Shown one piece after another: positions 12,461 to 25,265 of a DNA stretch of 64,000 nt. Both the position numbers and the translations under genes were made by a program. The DNA comes from Octopus sinensis. Lineage: Eukaryota. The stretch covers positions 116,188,001 to 116,252,000 of the forward strand of contig NC_043001.1 in the NCBI RefSeq assembly GCF_006345805.1. Reading direction: 5' to 3'. The notes below the pieces were generated by a model. That model saw nothing but the letters and a program-made list of their open reading frames with translations. It was not told the DNA's origin and did no database searches. How positions within the stretch are numbered: the first letter of the stretch is position 1; each line of letters starts with the position of its first letter.

Positions 12461-12554
12461 AACTACAGAGAAATGTTTCTATTAAACTGTTGTTGCTGTA
12501 AGTTAATTTAGAGTTCTTAGAGTAAAAAAAAAATTTTACTTTTATTTTTGTAGA

Positions 12555-12935
12555 CTAAGTGGTAAAGAAACTCAATTTGTAGTCTTATGGTTTCAGGTTC
12601 AGTCCCACTGCTTGGCTTTTTGGGGCCAGTGTCTTCTATTATATACTGGGGTTGACCAATACTTTGTGAACAAATGAGCAAATTTGGTAGACAAAAACTG
12701 TGTGGAAGCCCTTCATATGTGGATGCGTGTCTTTGTGCCTACGTCTTAAACCACCATCATGCTGCTTGACAACTGACGTTGGTTTATTTATATCCTTGTA
12801 ACTTAACAGTTTAGGAAAAGAGACTGATAGAATAAGTACCAAACTTTAAAAAAAAAGTACTCAGCTCATTTTGACTAAAACTCTCCAAGACAGTGCCCTA
12901 ATGTGGCAGCAGTCTAATTACTGAAACACATAATA
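12555..12935 (+). mobile_element. Family B SINE, diverged
   Basis: Core motifs (ggttcagtcccactg; tagaataagtacc; tgactgaaac-like) are present. Confidence 0.7.
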
Positions 12936-13308
12936 TACATAATATATAAAAGATAGCTTAACCAAAGGAGGAAGAGTAGCACCCATGAATCCTTTCAGTG
13001 ACTCCAAGATCAATGGGAGGAAGTCATCCTCAGGCAGGAGACCCGGCCTGAAAGTTTGCAACTGTGTGGATTTTGCTAAAGACAACCAAAGATCAGGTAT
13101 TGGGTGGTGTTGAACAAGATAACAGATTGTAGACCTCCAATGCAAAGTGTTTCACAAAAGACCATCCCATCTTCTGTTTCATTACTGTCCTTTCTTTTTG
13201 TAAGAAATGCTGAGTGTGATTTGAGGGTGATTTAGCTGCTGTTTCTAGGTCAATCTATTGTACTGTAGCTTCCCTTATAGGCTTGTTTGTGTGGAATTAA
13301 TAATGATG

Positions 13309-13363
<55 letters not shown>

Positions 13364-13611
13364 GCTTGATGGTGAGGTTTATTACAACATTCTGCTATCC
13401 TCAAGCTACCTTCTTAAACAATTTGCTGAGGCATGAGTTCTTCCTCTCTATACTTCAAGAAATGGTTTCCCATTGCCTCTATCTGTTCAAGCAAACTAAT
13501 GCATGTTGATTAACTGGCAGTGTGTTGTTATTTAACTCCAAGTTGGTCATGAACTAGCAGATCTATAATCAAAGGTATTCCAGTAAGAACGATACTGTCT
13601 TTTTGTATATA

Positions 13612-13660
13612 TACAAGGTGGTGCTGAAAAGTTCTTGGTTTTGAGGGTGTCATGAAAGGC
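13612..13660 (+). mobile_element. Tc1/mariner terminal stub
   Basis: TA|caaggtggtgctgaaaagttc resembles a mariner TIR; isolated. Confidence 0.35.
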
Positions 13661-13702
13661 CTTTATGTTGAATGAAATCATAATTAAGAGGCCAGGGAAT
13701 AA

Positions 13703-13803
13703 AAGAAGAAGAAGAAGGAAGAAGAAGAAGAAGAAGAAGAAGAAGAAGAAGAAGAAGAAGAAGAAGAAGAAGAAGAAGAAGAAGAAGAAGAAGAAGAAGA
13801 AGA
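13703..13803 (+). repeat. (GAA)n tract of about 100 bp
   Basis: Direct reading; a single 1-nt interruption near the start. Confidence 0.97.
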
Positions 13804-16151
13804 CATGCACCCAACACAGAGCTGAAGATACCTCCGAGGGGGGGGGGCTGCCATGTCAAACGGTAGAGGAGTAGGGGCCGAAACTGGACATGGTTCCTCC
13901 TGATGATGTCTTGAGCTAACTGGACCCTACAAAGGAGCTGTTGTGGTAGCAGACCATGAAACACGGTTGAAATTCCTCCTCCATCTTCTTGTATTTTCTT
14001 TTATCCAAAGCCAGGAACTTTCCCAGCCTCCCCTCATAGGACAACAATACCTGATACATCCTTCATTTTTTTCTTTCGCTAAGATGACAGTAGAATGTGT
14101 TTGAGGAAATTTGGCTTTTATTTCTAGCAGATCAAGCAACTATGTAGAGGCTATCTCAACATAATATATACAGTTCATTTGATATGCTTGAGTAAATGAA
14201 GTTAATATTTTAGTCGATCAATAATGATCCACTACCGCAATATAAATATATATGTATGTATATGCATATATATATATTGACCTAATGAAGTCTAATGGAA
14301 CTTGTGATATTAAAGAATGAATATTGGAATCGTTCATTTACTGGCAACATTCCATTTCTAGAGTTAATTCTAAATTGAACAAAGATGGAAAATGTCAAAA
14401 TAGCTATATAAAGTTTGAAGACCAAAATGTACTGCAAAATGTACACACTCTTGCATATATGTATGTATATGCATAATATGTTTATTTGAGTGTGCGTATG
14501 TGCATGTGTGTGCATATGTATGCATGTATGTGTGTAAGATAAAGTAAAAAAACACGTGCTTATTTGTATAGATCACCACCATCTCAAAGATAAATCAATA
14601 GATATATACATTCACTCATACATACATGCACATACACTAACGCACACATGCTAATAGGTATATTTGAGCATTAGTGTTCTTGTATAAGAGCATGGTAAAA
14701 GTGTATAATAATTACGTATATGTACATACAATTGTTTACATTATACATAGATACTCCTACACAAATCCCGCACACAATCATATATATGTTACTTTCTTAC
14801 TACCGACACACATACATCATCGACATCATTATTTTACATTCATTTCTCCATGCTGACACAGATTGTAATTTCATCACATGTGGTTTCATCACATGTGGTC
14901 CATACCATTTCGTATGCACAGCATACGTAGTTTATAAATTTCATTGGGGACCAAGTATATTTTATTATACTGTCTACATTAAAGAGGCTTTCACTTGCAA
15001 AGGGACTAAAGAGCACCCTCTGTTTATATAGTCCCTTATCTGACTGCTATTTCTAGCAAGTAAAGAGACCTTATAGGGAGGCTTTTCATGTTTTATGCTC
15101 ACTTGTAATTCCTATATTTTAGAGCCTTTATCAAATTGTGAAGACATGTAGCACAGTGGCTAACAGTGTTTGGCTTATGATTGTAAAACCATGGATTTAT
15201 TCATAGATAAGATAGTACATTGTATCCTTGAGCAAGGTATTTCATTTCACATAGTTCCGGTCTACTTCAGTTGTACTCAACCTCACTCTGGCAACTCCTG
15301 TGACACACTGATCCCAAGCTGTATTGGCCTCTGCCTTTCCCTTGGATACTATTGGTGAAGTAGAGATGGGTGACCTGTCACATGGGCAACTGCAGGTCTT
15401 CCACAAAAACTGCCAAGGCCTGCGCTCTGGAGAGGACACTCAAGAGTTGTGATTTGAGACGGAACAACATGGAAAATAGCAGTTACCAGTGATAAGTCTT
15501 CACTCAACTAATGTAGAGCTAGGTGCCAGGGACTGTTTTCGATGGTGGGAAAGACCTCAACGTCTTACTGTGTAGTTACAGATGGAGATGCAGGAAGACT
15601 AAACCACTAATAAATGACCAACCGACAAACCACATTGGGGACCATTGCAGCTGTGACTCACTCATGCATTGGCCTTGTCAGTCACAAGCAATGCTGCAAT
15701 GCTGATCCAATTCAAGGCACAGATCCATAGTGTTTCAATACTAACAGATGCCAATCACAGAATTATATATCCATTACAGCCAATCAGTTTTGCACTAGGG
15801 ATTCAATGGAGTATCAGGTAACAATCCAATTATGGAACCCTGCACTCATCAGAGGTAACCGATACAGAATGAAATATGGTGACACACACACACACATATA
15901 TAAAGAGATGCCCTTCTGGATGTTATCCATTCTAAACAAGGACACAGGGCAATTAGCATTGGAAATAACTTGGTTTTTCTTTATTTTCAATGTGTCAAGA
16001 AGGATACCCACTTCTCATAGCCTAATGATGGTTTGTTTCATAAGAAGAAGACAGAGAAACCAGTCAGATTGGTGTGATAATTAAAAAAAAAAATATTTTA
16101 AGGCTTAGCCTGAGAGGGAAAAGCAACACCTATGACCCCCTTTTTTATCCT

Positions 16152-16380
16152 TTAACCCTTTAGCTTTCAGATAACTCTATCAAAATGTAACACTTGTTTG
16201 TTCATGTTCTTTTAAATCAATCATGCATTGTCTCATAACTTCAAGATTTCAATGATGCGATTGTTTATTTTTAGCATGACATTGTAGAATAGGTGTGAGA
16301 AGCTGAGTCTGGCTGGTATGAACATAAAACCAGTAGAATAGCTGGGCCAGCTATGGCCAGTTTGAATGTTAAAAGGTTAA
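16152..16380. mobile_element. piggyBac-type MITE, family H
   Basis: TTAA|ccctttagc ... aaagg|TTAA. Confidence 0.85.
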
Positions 16381-16866
16381 GGGTTTCCAAGACAGGTTAG
16401 AGGAAAGGAAGAAGTTATGTTCAGAATAAAGACCTTGCCTGATTGACACGAAATGCATTCTGCTAAAAGCAACCTTGGGCTAAATGATGGTGACTGTAGT
16501 GATGGTGGCAAACTGGATACCAGATTAAGTATTCAGCCATGTGGGGTCTCAACATCGAAGAGAAAAGGGAGTTTAGTGTAGTAGTTTGTATTTTTTTTAA
16601 AGGGGGGAAAAGGGGGTGGGGAAAGGGTATGACTTCATTATGATGCTACTGCTTATGATGTAAAAGATGTATATCAGAGTTGAGAGGAAATGAAACTACT
16701 TTAATTCACAGGCAATTAACAGAACTGGCGATATCTCAAGGAAGTTATCAAAAACTGAATTTGATGAAGGGAAAAGAAAATTAAGAGAAAAAAAAACACA
16801 TCAATATTTGTTTCATTATTTATTTATTGGAAACCACCAAAGGAATATAAATAGGCTATCAGATTA

Positions 16867-16911
<45 letters not shown>

Positions 16912-17693
16912 TATATTGACGATTTACTGGCTGTTGGAATTAAAAGAAAATAGAATTATACATTTTAATTTTGTTTCCTTTTTATCCTTTTTTCTATATT
17001 TTTTATCGCAATGCTGAGATTAGCAAAATGAAAGAATTAAGAATTTCATTTTAAGAAGTGTGTTAAAGAATAAAAAATAAAAACCCTTTAAAAAAAGCAG
17101 AAAAATACTTTATTTTTATATTTTTAATTAAAACATGATGATTAAAACAATTTTGCTTCTAGCCTGAGTCCTTACTGTATCACTTTTTATCATTCCTCTC
17201 ATTCTGCTTGAATAAGCAGAATAATATTCATAAGGCTAGCCTATGTACAGACAGATATCAAAAGACTGACACATATCCTACAGCTTGTATCACTTAGTAG
17301 AACAGTAAAGATCTATAGACTGTTAACAAAAAAATTCTTGATTAGAATCTACTTAAGCCCATAAGAAAGACATGGTTTGCTAGAAATAGCAAACAAATCT
17401 ACTGCAAATTACACCCTACAATCATAAACTAAGGATTCATAAGATAATACAGTCCAAGACAAACAATGTATAACAAAAAAACAAAAAAAGGAAAAACGAA
17501 GTGTTATAGCTAGAATGCGTTTAATGAAAGGCCGGCTCTTTCAGCACTGACCTGGAGCTAAAACAACCACAATAATATCTGAGGATCTTACACAGACAGA
17601 AATATAAGTGCAAAAAATTTGTTTCAGTAGTTCAATTAAATATGTGAATTACTATGGATTACTGTATTGGAAATGTTCCAAAAGAATAAACAT

Positions 17694-17741
<48 letters not shown>

Positions 17742-17776
17742 ACGTGTGTGCATGTGTGTGTGTGTAGCCTCATCAT

Positions 17777-18004
17777 TTAACCCTTTCGTTACCAACCCAG
17801 CTGAAACCGGCTCTGGCTCTGAGTATAAATGTCTTGTTTTCATAAGTTTTGACTTAAAATCTTCCACCAAACCTTAGTCACAATTTATGTTCCTAACACT
17901 AGCTGAATGATAACTAAGTTGTTTTACTAAATTCTTCGTTATATTTAAAGTAATTGAAAGAAACACAGAGCATCTCAAAATAAATGCAGTAATGAAAGGG
18001 TTAA
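17777..18004. mobile_element. piggyBac-type MITE, family G, nested in an RTE tail
   Basis: TTAA on both sides; reverse complement of 4099-4327. Confidence 0.88.
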
Positions 18005-18800
18005 GATCCATTTTCCTTGCAGGCATGGGTTAGATGGTTTGACAGAAGCTGGGCAGAGCGAGAACTGGCCAGGCTCCAACAGTCTGTTTTGACATGATTT
18101 CTATGGCTAGATGCCCTTCTTAATGCCAACCACTTTACTGAGTGTACTGGGTACTTTTTCTGTGGTACCAGCATGGGTGCTTTATGCATGGTACTAGCAT
18201 GAGTGCTTTATATGTGGCACAGGTATGAGTGCTTTTTATGTGCCACCAGTACTAGTATTTTTTACATGGCACTGGCATGGAAGCTTTTTTACATGACCCT
18301 GAACAGGTGCTTTTACACAACACCATCATCCACAAGCCTGCAGGATAAGGGCCTCTTGGCTGACATAGGGAGTTGCCTGTATGTATAGATAGCCAAAATT
18401 TTACTTAGCTTGGTGTGTCTTCTCAAACACAACAAATTCATAGAAGTCTCAGATCTTTGTCACCTCCTCAGTGAGGCTTAGCATCTGAAAATCCTTTTTC
18501 ACCACGTTGTCCCATGCCTCCCAGAGTCTACTTCTTCTACATGTTCCCTCCACAATTACAGATTGGCACTTCTTTATGCAGCTGTCCATTCACATGCATT
18601 ACATAGCCATACCAGTGTAGTCTTCTCTCTTGTACACAACATCTGATGCTTCTTATACTCATTTTTTCTCTTAAGTCATTTACACTCTGTTGTTGTACAT
18701 GCACACTACCATTACCCATCCAGCAGAGCATGCTGGCCTCATTTCTTTCAACACTTCACAAGTCCTCACTTGTCATAGCCCTTGTCTCACTACCATGTAG
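18005..18800 (-). mobile_element. RTE-clade LINE 3' fragment (end of ORF, 3'UTR and family A tail)
   Basis: Minus strand encodes LREKMSIRSIRCCVQERRLHWYGYVM...VEGTCRRSRLWEAWDNVVKKDFQMLSLTEEVT...EKTHQAK* (frameshifted), contiguous with the family A tail. Confidence 0.85.
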
Positions 18801-19584
18801 CATAGCCTCATGCATGCACGTGTACACACAGACACACACACAATCCAATCTTTAACACAAGAACATGAATAAAACCTGATAGAGAGCAGGGGGAAACATT
18901 TGAGCTTCTCTGGTGCAGCTGGTATGACAAAATGCACCCAGTTCATGTTGTGAAGCAGTAAATAAGGGAAGTAGCAACCAGCTTTTAAAACCATGGAAAA
19001 TAAACAAGAGAAGTCATAACAACCGAGAATTAATGACATTTTACATTTTATTGCATGCATGTCAGATAATGAAGGATTGTAAACACAAGCATAAAAGCCA
19101 GCATGGAAAACCAAACATACAATGAACAGGTTAGTGAAAGCTGAAAAGGTTTTGCTCATAGGTCTGTCAGATCAAGATTGTCCAGAGGCTCAACAACAGC
19201 AGCAACAACAAACATGCTGACCTGTCCTGAAATATGCATCTTCTGCTCTCTATTCAATCCTTCTACAAGTTACACCCCAATGCTACTGAGTTTGTCAGAT
19301 CAATATTGTGAATCATCAAATATAAATCAATTTTATATTTATGCTTCATGTTTTATTGACAGTTAATGCTCCGTTGAATGAGTTATCAGTCAGGAAAGAT
19401 AGCTGAACCAGAAAAATTGATCATGTTCTCGTAGTCTTTACTTTCTTGGCACTGACTGACTTAGGTAAACTCAGTTGCAATGTTTTGTGCAACACTGAAT
19501 ATCCGAGGCAAACAATTCCATAAATTCCTGTGTCAAAACTGTTGATACTTCTTACGAACCCAAAGACCAAGCCTTACATAATAA

Positions 19585-20125
19585 TAATAATCCTTCCTAC
19601 TATATGCACAAGGCCTGAAATTTGGGGGAAGGGGACTAGTCAATTACATCAACCCCAGTGTTCCACAGGTACTTAATTTATTGACTCCAGAAGGATGAAA
19701 GGCAAAGTCAACCCTGGCAGTAGTTAAATGATAGTAATAATAATCCTTTCTACCAAAGGCACAAGGGCTGAAATTTTGGTGGAAGGGACAAGTCGATTAC
19801 ATTGACTCCAAATAATAATAGTAATCTTTTCTACTCAGGGCACAAGGCCTGAAATCTTTAAGGAGGGGACCAATCGATTGACCCCAGTATGCAACTGGTA
19901 CTTAATTTATCGACCCTAGAAAGATGAAAGGCAAAATCGACTTTGGCGGAATTTGAACTCAGAATGTAAAGACAGATGAAATGCCTATTTCTTTACTACT
20001 CACAAGGAGCTTAACACAGAAGGAACAAACAAGGACAGACAAACGGATTAAGTCGATTATATCAACCCACTGCATAACTGGTACTTATTTAATAGACCCC
20101 GGGAAGATGAAAGGCAAAATTTACC
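19585..20125 (-). mobile_element. Cluster of about four partial family C SINEs with (AAT)n or other tails
   Basis: Repeated gattacatc(g/a)accccagt...ctggtacttaattt...ggatgaaaggcaaa cores. Confidence 0.82.
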
Positions 20126-20590
20126 TGTCTGTCACTCTCTCTCTCCCTTGCTCATGTGGCTCGCATATGACCATCAACCACATATTTCTTTCTTCTCCTT
20201 TTTTCTCTCCATTGTAGCTGGATCAAGGAAGCCGTGTTCTTGTCTGTCTCCTGTCCAAGCTTGATTTACGCATTTGCCACCACAACCTTGGTTAAGCTTA
20301 GCAGCCCTTCCTGTTTATTTTCACTGTCCTGTTTGTGTTACCAATTTTGACCCTCCACAAAATCCCAAATTTTATTTAATTTGCTTTATCAAAAGGTTGT
20401 GGTTGTGGTGGTGAATGCGTAAATCAAGCTTGGACAGGAGACAGACAAGAACGCGTCTTCCTTGTTCCAGCTACAACGGAGAGAAAGAAAGAAACACAAG
20501 TTAGGAGAAGAAAGAAATATGGCCAATGGTTGCATGGGAGCCACGTGAGCAAGGAAGGAGGAGTGAGGAAGAGAGAGTGACAGAGTGATA
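20126..20590. repeat. Two inverted copies of an unclassified repeat of about 170 bp, spacer about 105 bp
   Basis: ttgtagctgga(t/a)caaggaag...ttcttgtctgtctcctgtccaagcttgatttacgcatt at about 20213-20275, with its reverse complement at about 20413-20475. Homology extends outward. Confidence 0.85.
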
Positions 20591-20735
20591 GGATAGAATG
20601 GTGGGCGAAGAGGAGGTAAAAGAATAAGAAAGGGAAAGAGAGAAAAGCAAAAAAGTAAAAAGATCATATAGAGTGCGCATCAGAATTAAGATAAAATTTA
20701 CTTGGAAGAGGATGCATGGCGTTCAATTATATAAT

Positions 20736-20995
20736 AATATAAAAACTATATATATATGTGTGTGTGTGCGTGTGTGTATACACACATAACATATATACAC
20801 ATACATACATATATATATAGATCATGCATATATATATATATATATACATACATATATATATATATACACACATGCATATACATACATATATATGTATATA
20901 CATATATATACATGTATATTTATACATACATGTATATATATATACATACATATATACATACGTACACATACATACATACATACATTCATTCATAC
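20736..20995 (+). repeat. Compound (TA)/(TG)/(TACA) microsatellite
   Basis: Direct reading. Confidence 0.9.
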
Positions 20996-21099
20996 ATGAG
21001 TAAGTGGATAAATGAAAGAAGGGCACTCAACAAATTTACTGTGAGTTACATTTGTTGGTACTCTTGAGTTTCAAGCATGATGCTAGTCATCAGCCATTT

Positions 21100-21145
<46 letters not shown>

Positions 21146-21833
21146 TTGTTGAGCAGATCTATGACCAAAAGCATTACAGCCATGACCATCCCATCTCATC
21201 TTGTTTTTACTCATACATGGAGTACTGAGGCCCATAACCAATTATTCAGCATAAAATTTTTAAGGACATTGGAGTGTAATTCAAGGTAGATTTGGGTGTT
21301 AAATCTAGCAAGTCAAGTGACTATATAGTGACTCTTTTATTGACTGTTGTTGTTGTTATAGGTGGTGGTGGTGGAGGTAAAATGAGGGTATTTATAATGA
21401 TAAAAGAAAGAGCAATGTAAAAGAAACACTAATGCAAAACATAGAATTAAGAATTTTGCTTTTACACACAGAAAAAAAAAGGATGTTCTATGGAGACAGA
21501 GGGAGACAAATGAAAGGATGGTTTTGGTGATGGTGGTGGTGGTGGTGGTGGACAGTTAATTATACAGCTTAATGAATGATTTGTCTTTCGTTTGTTTTTG
21601 TTTTTTTGGTGTCTTCTAGTTCAGCTTGTTTCTGCTTCACCCCTTCACTGATTGACCTGATGAGAAATTAACATAAACGAACGAAAATCAATACGATTTT
21701 ACCTTTTCTTTTTATCTATCTATCTCTCTACTGTTCTTATCTAGATACAGGTAAATAGATAGCTGGATAGATAAAGACTCTGCTATCTGTCTGTCTACCT
21801 GCCTATCACTATAAAACTGTCTGCCTATATATA

Positions 21834-21880
<47 letters not shown>

Positions 21881-22815
21881 TTATATATGTATATATATAT
21901 AATATTATATTAAATTAGAGATAAAACCACTATTAGGCAAATCAAACAGTGAAAAACATAAGCCAATACATACAATTAATTTAAAAATATAAAAGTTAAA
22001 AATAAAAAATTATTTAAATAACTTAAACTTATAAATTTTATATATATATACAAAAATATATATATATACGTATGTATGTATATTTTTATATTTAAATATT
22101 ATTTTATTTATTAATTAATTAATTTATTTATTTATTATATATATGTTTATCAACCTGTCTGCCTACCTATCTAAATATTTCCTTTCAATCTAGCTTTTTC
22201 CTTCGTTTTTTTTTTTGCACAGACACATACATGCACTCATATACACACACATACACATAAATATTACTCTCTCTCTCTCTCTCTCTCTCACTCACTCACT
22301 CCTTCTACTATATTCTCACCCTGTCTGTTTCTCCTTTCCTCCCACTATCACCAATTTGTTGCTCATTTTCCCATCATTTATTGAATCAAGAAAACTACTG
22401 GTCGGGTCTTCTAATATCCTCCTATCCCATAATGCCCTTTATCCTCACTTCCTGTCAACCATGTTGATTTATTTATTTTTAAATTTCCTTTTTCTCTCAA
22501 AATTATTTGTTTTGTCTTGGTTTGGAATTATTTTATGTTGACAGTAATTTATTATCATCCGTTGCCAGGGGTGATATAAGACTAGGATGTTGTGAGGTTG
22601 TCATGATGTTCCCCATTGTACAAAGCCATGAAACATTTAATATCAAAATTTGTAAACAAGTATGGAAATGTCACAGGATTTCATAACTTAGGTAAATAAG
22701 GTTATGAGAGAGCCAGCCACTTCATGGTTGCTCTATCTGGTAGAAATAGCAGCCGCAATACCTCAAATTATATCCAGTCGATTAACAAAACAGAACACAT
22801 TGAATAATGTAATCT

Positions 22816-23012
22816 ATGGTAATGATGAAGACTGATGATGATGACTATGGTGATGGCTGTAGTGATGAGGACTATGATGAAGGTGGTGGCAATGATGATG
22901 ACGATGATAATGATGATAATGACAATGATGATGACAATGATCACAGTAGCAACAATGACAGTGGCAACGATGATTCTGGCAACAACGACAATGGTAGTGG
23001 TGGTGGTGGTAG

Positions 23013-23071
<59 letters not shown>

Positions 23072-23270
23072 GTGTGGTGGTGGTGATGATGGTGATGACA
23101 ATGGTGATGATAATATTAACAAAGATGATAATGACAATAATTATGATGATAATGATAATGATGATGATAATGATGATGATGACGGTATTACTGATAATGA
23201 TAAATCTAATAAAAAAACCAAAGCAAGACAAGTCACCATCATCATCATCATTATCATCGTCATCATCATC
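22816..23270 (+). repeat. Degenerate (GAT)n microsatellite field
   Basis: Direct reading; produces Asp/Met/His homopolymer ORFs in all frames. Confidence 0.9.
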
Positions 23271-23535
23271 AACATTCGCTTTCCATGCTAGCATGGGTTG
23301 GATGATTTGACTGAGGACTGGTGAACCAGATGGCTGCACCAGGCTCCAGTCTGATCTAACAGAGTTTCTACAGCTGGATGCCCTTCCTAACACCAACCAC
23401 TCCGTGAGTGTAGTGGGTGCTTTTATGTGCCACCGGCACGAGGGCCAGTCAGGCAGTACTGGCAACAGTCACGCTCGAATGTTTTTCACATGCCACCGAC
23501 ACAAGTGCCAGTGAAGTGACGCTGGTAACAATCAC
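23234..23535 (-). mobile_element. Family A RTE-tail repeat
   Basis: (cat)n tail, ggatgcccttcctaacaccaacc, and gtgcttttatgtgccaccggcac units. Confidence 0.87.
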
Positions 23536-23974
23536 GTTTGTCTACTGAATGCTACAAACACATTATAACTAACCATAATTGTCTGTCAGTTGTGTAGCAT
23601 TATAGAAACAATGACTCTTACTACATGTGACAGTTATGATTGTCACAGCAAAGACACAGTGAGACAATGCTGTGACACATCATAATTGGTTATGATTGTT
23701 TATCAAGTGTGTAGCATTATTGAAATAATAACTGTACTAGCTGTGGCAGCTACATAGCTATGACTGTCACAACAAAGTCTGTGAGACAATAATTCTATGA
23801 TACATAGACAGACATCTTCTTCAATAACTGTATCGGAGCATTTGAGATGACAGCATTCAAGAGAGGATGTCAACAACCGTTTGCATGTGTATGGGGGGTG
23901 GAGGGCAGGGGGGGGCCTTGTCATTATTATCATTGTCATTGACATCAGTATTATCATCAATTAAAAGGTGTATG

Positions 23975-24777
23975 CATCATCATGTAATTATCATTATCAT
24001 CATCAGCAGCAGCCACTTCACCCCGCCCATCCTCATCGCTGTCACCATCATCAGCGAACATCATCTCCTTCACCACCACCACCACCACCACCACCACTAC
24101 TGCAATTTCTTCTACATCAGAACCACTAGCCTCATCACTACAACCATCACCACCACCACCACCACCGTCATTAATTTACCTACCACCACTACCATTACTT
24201 CCACTACCACCCTGACATCCCTGCCACCACCACTTAACATCACTACTATCACAGCCACACCCCTTCACCCGTCACCCCACATGTAATGCTTACTCTACTG
24301 TAACCTCTCCCCCCCACCTTCATTCGACAAACACCATTGTACACAGTTTGCACTTTAGGTCTGAGGAAAAGTGGGAGTCAAAGTGCATTACATTGCTACA
24401 CATTGTGTGCAGCAAGCGGTGCATTTAGACATAACATCAAACACATTCTTGTCCCTACACATCATCACCATCATCATCACCATCATCATCATCATCATTT
24501 ACATGTATCACTATCATCACCACCGTCATCATCATCATTATCATCATCAACATTTACATGTATCACCACCACCACCACCACCGCCATCCACATTCACATC
24601 CATCATCATCATCATCATCATTATAGTCACCATCATCTTGTTGGCAGTAGTTTCTATTGTCATTGATCTTGCTTTCGTTGCTGTTGTTGTTGCTGTTGTT
24701 GTTGTTTTTAGTACTACTTTTGCTTTGTTACATAGTTATTGTTTTTTTACAAATGTCATTGATACTATTTTGTTAAC

Positions 24778-24819
<42 letters not shown>

Positions 24820-25265
24820 TTGGTAGTGGTAGTAGTAGTAGCAGCAGCTGCAGAAGTGGCAGCAGTGGTGCGGGTGGTAGTAAGTTAGTAGTAATAATAG
24901 CAGCAGCAGCAGTAGTGGCAGCAGTGGTGCGGGTGGTAGTAGTAGTAGAAGCAGCGGTGGGGGTAGTACTAGTAGTAGTAGCAGCAGCAGTAGTGGCAGT
25001 AATAGTAGTAGTGGTAGTCGTAGTAGTAGCAGCAGCAGCAGTGGCAGTAGTAGTAGTAGTAGTAGTAGTAGTAATAGTAGTAGTAGTAGTAGTAGTAGTA
25101 GTAAAAGCAGCAGAAGTGGCAGTAGTGGTGGAGGTGGTAGTAGCTGTAGTAGCAGAAGTGGCAGCAGTGGTGGAGGTAGTAGTAGTAGTAGCACCACCAC
25201 CACCACCACCACCAGTAGTAGTAGTAGTAGTAGTAGTAGTAGCAGCAGCAGTAGTAGTAGTAGTA
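23975..25265. repeat. Compound trinucleotide field: (CAT/CAC)n then (AGT/GCA/GGT)n
   Basis: Direct reading. Confidence 0.9.

Noticed and set aside
13820-13900. CTGAAGA...GAAAC spaced about 50 nt apart
   Set aside because: No stem II closing next to the core.
22816-23310. 164-aa Asp-rich ORF resembling acidic biomineralisation proteins
   Set aside because: It is a (GAT)n microsatellite that is open in several frames on both strands, runs into a family A repeat, and has no splice support.
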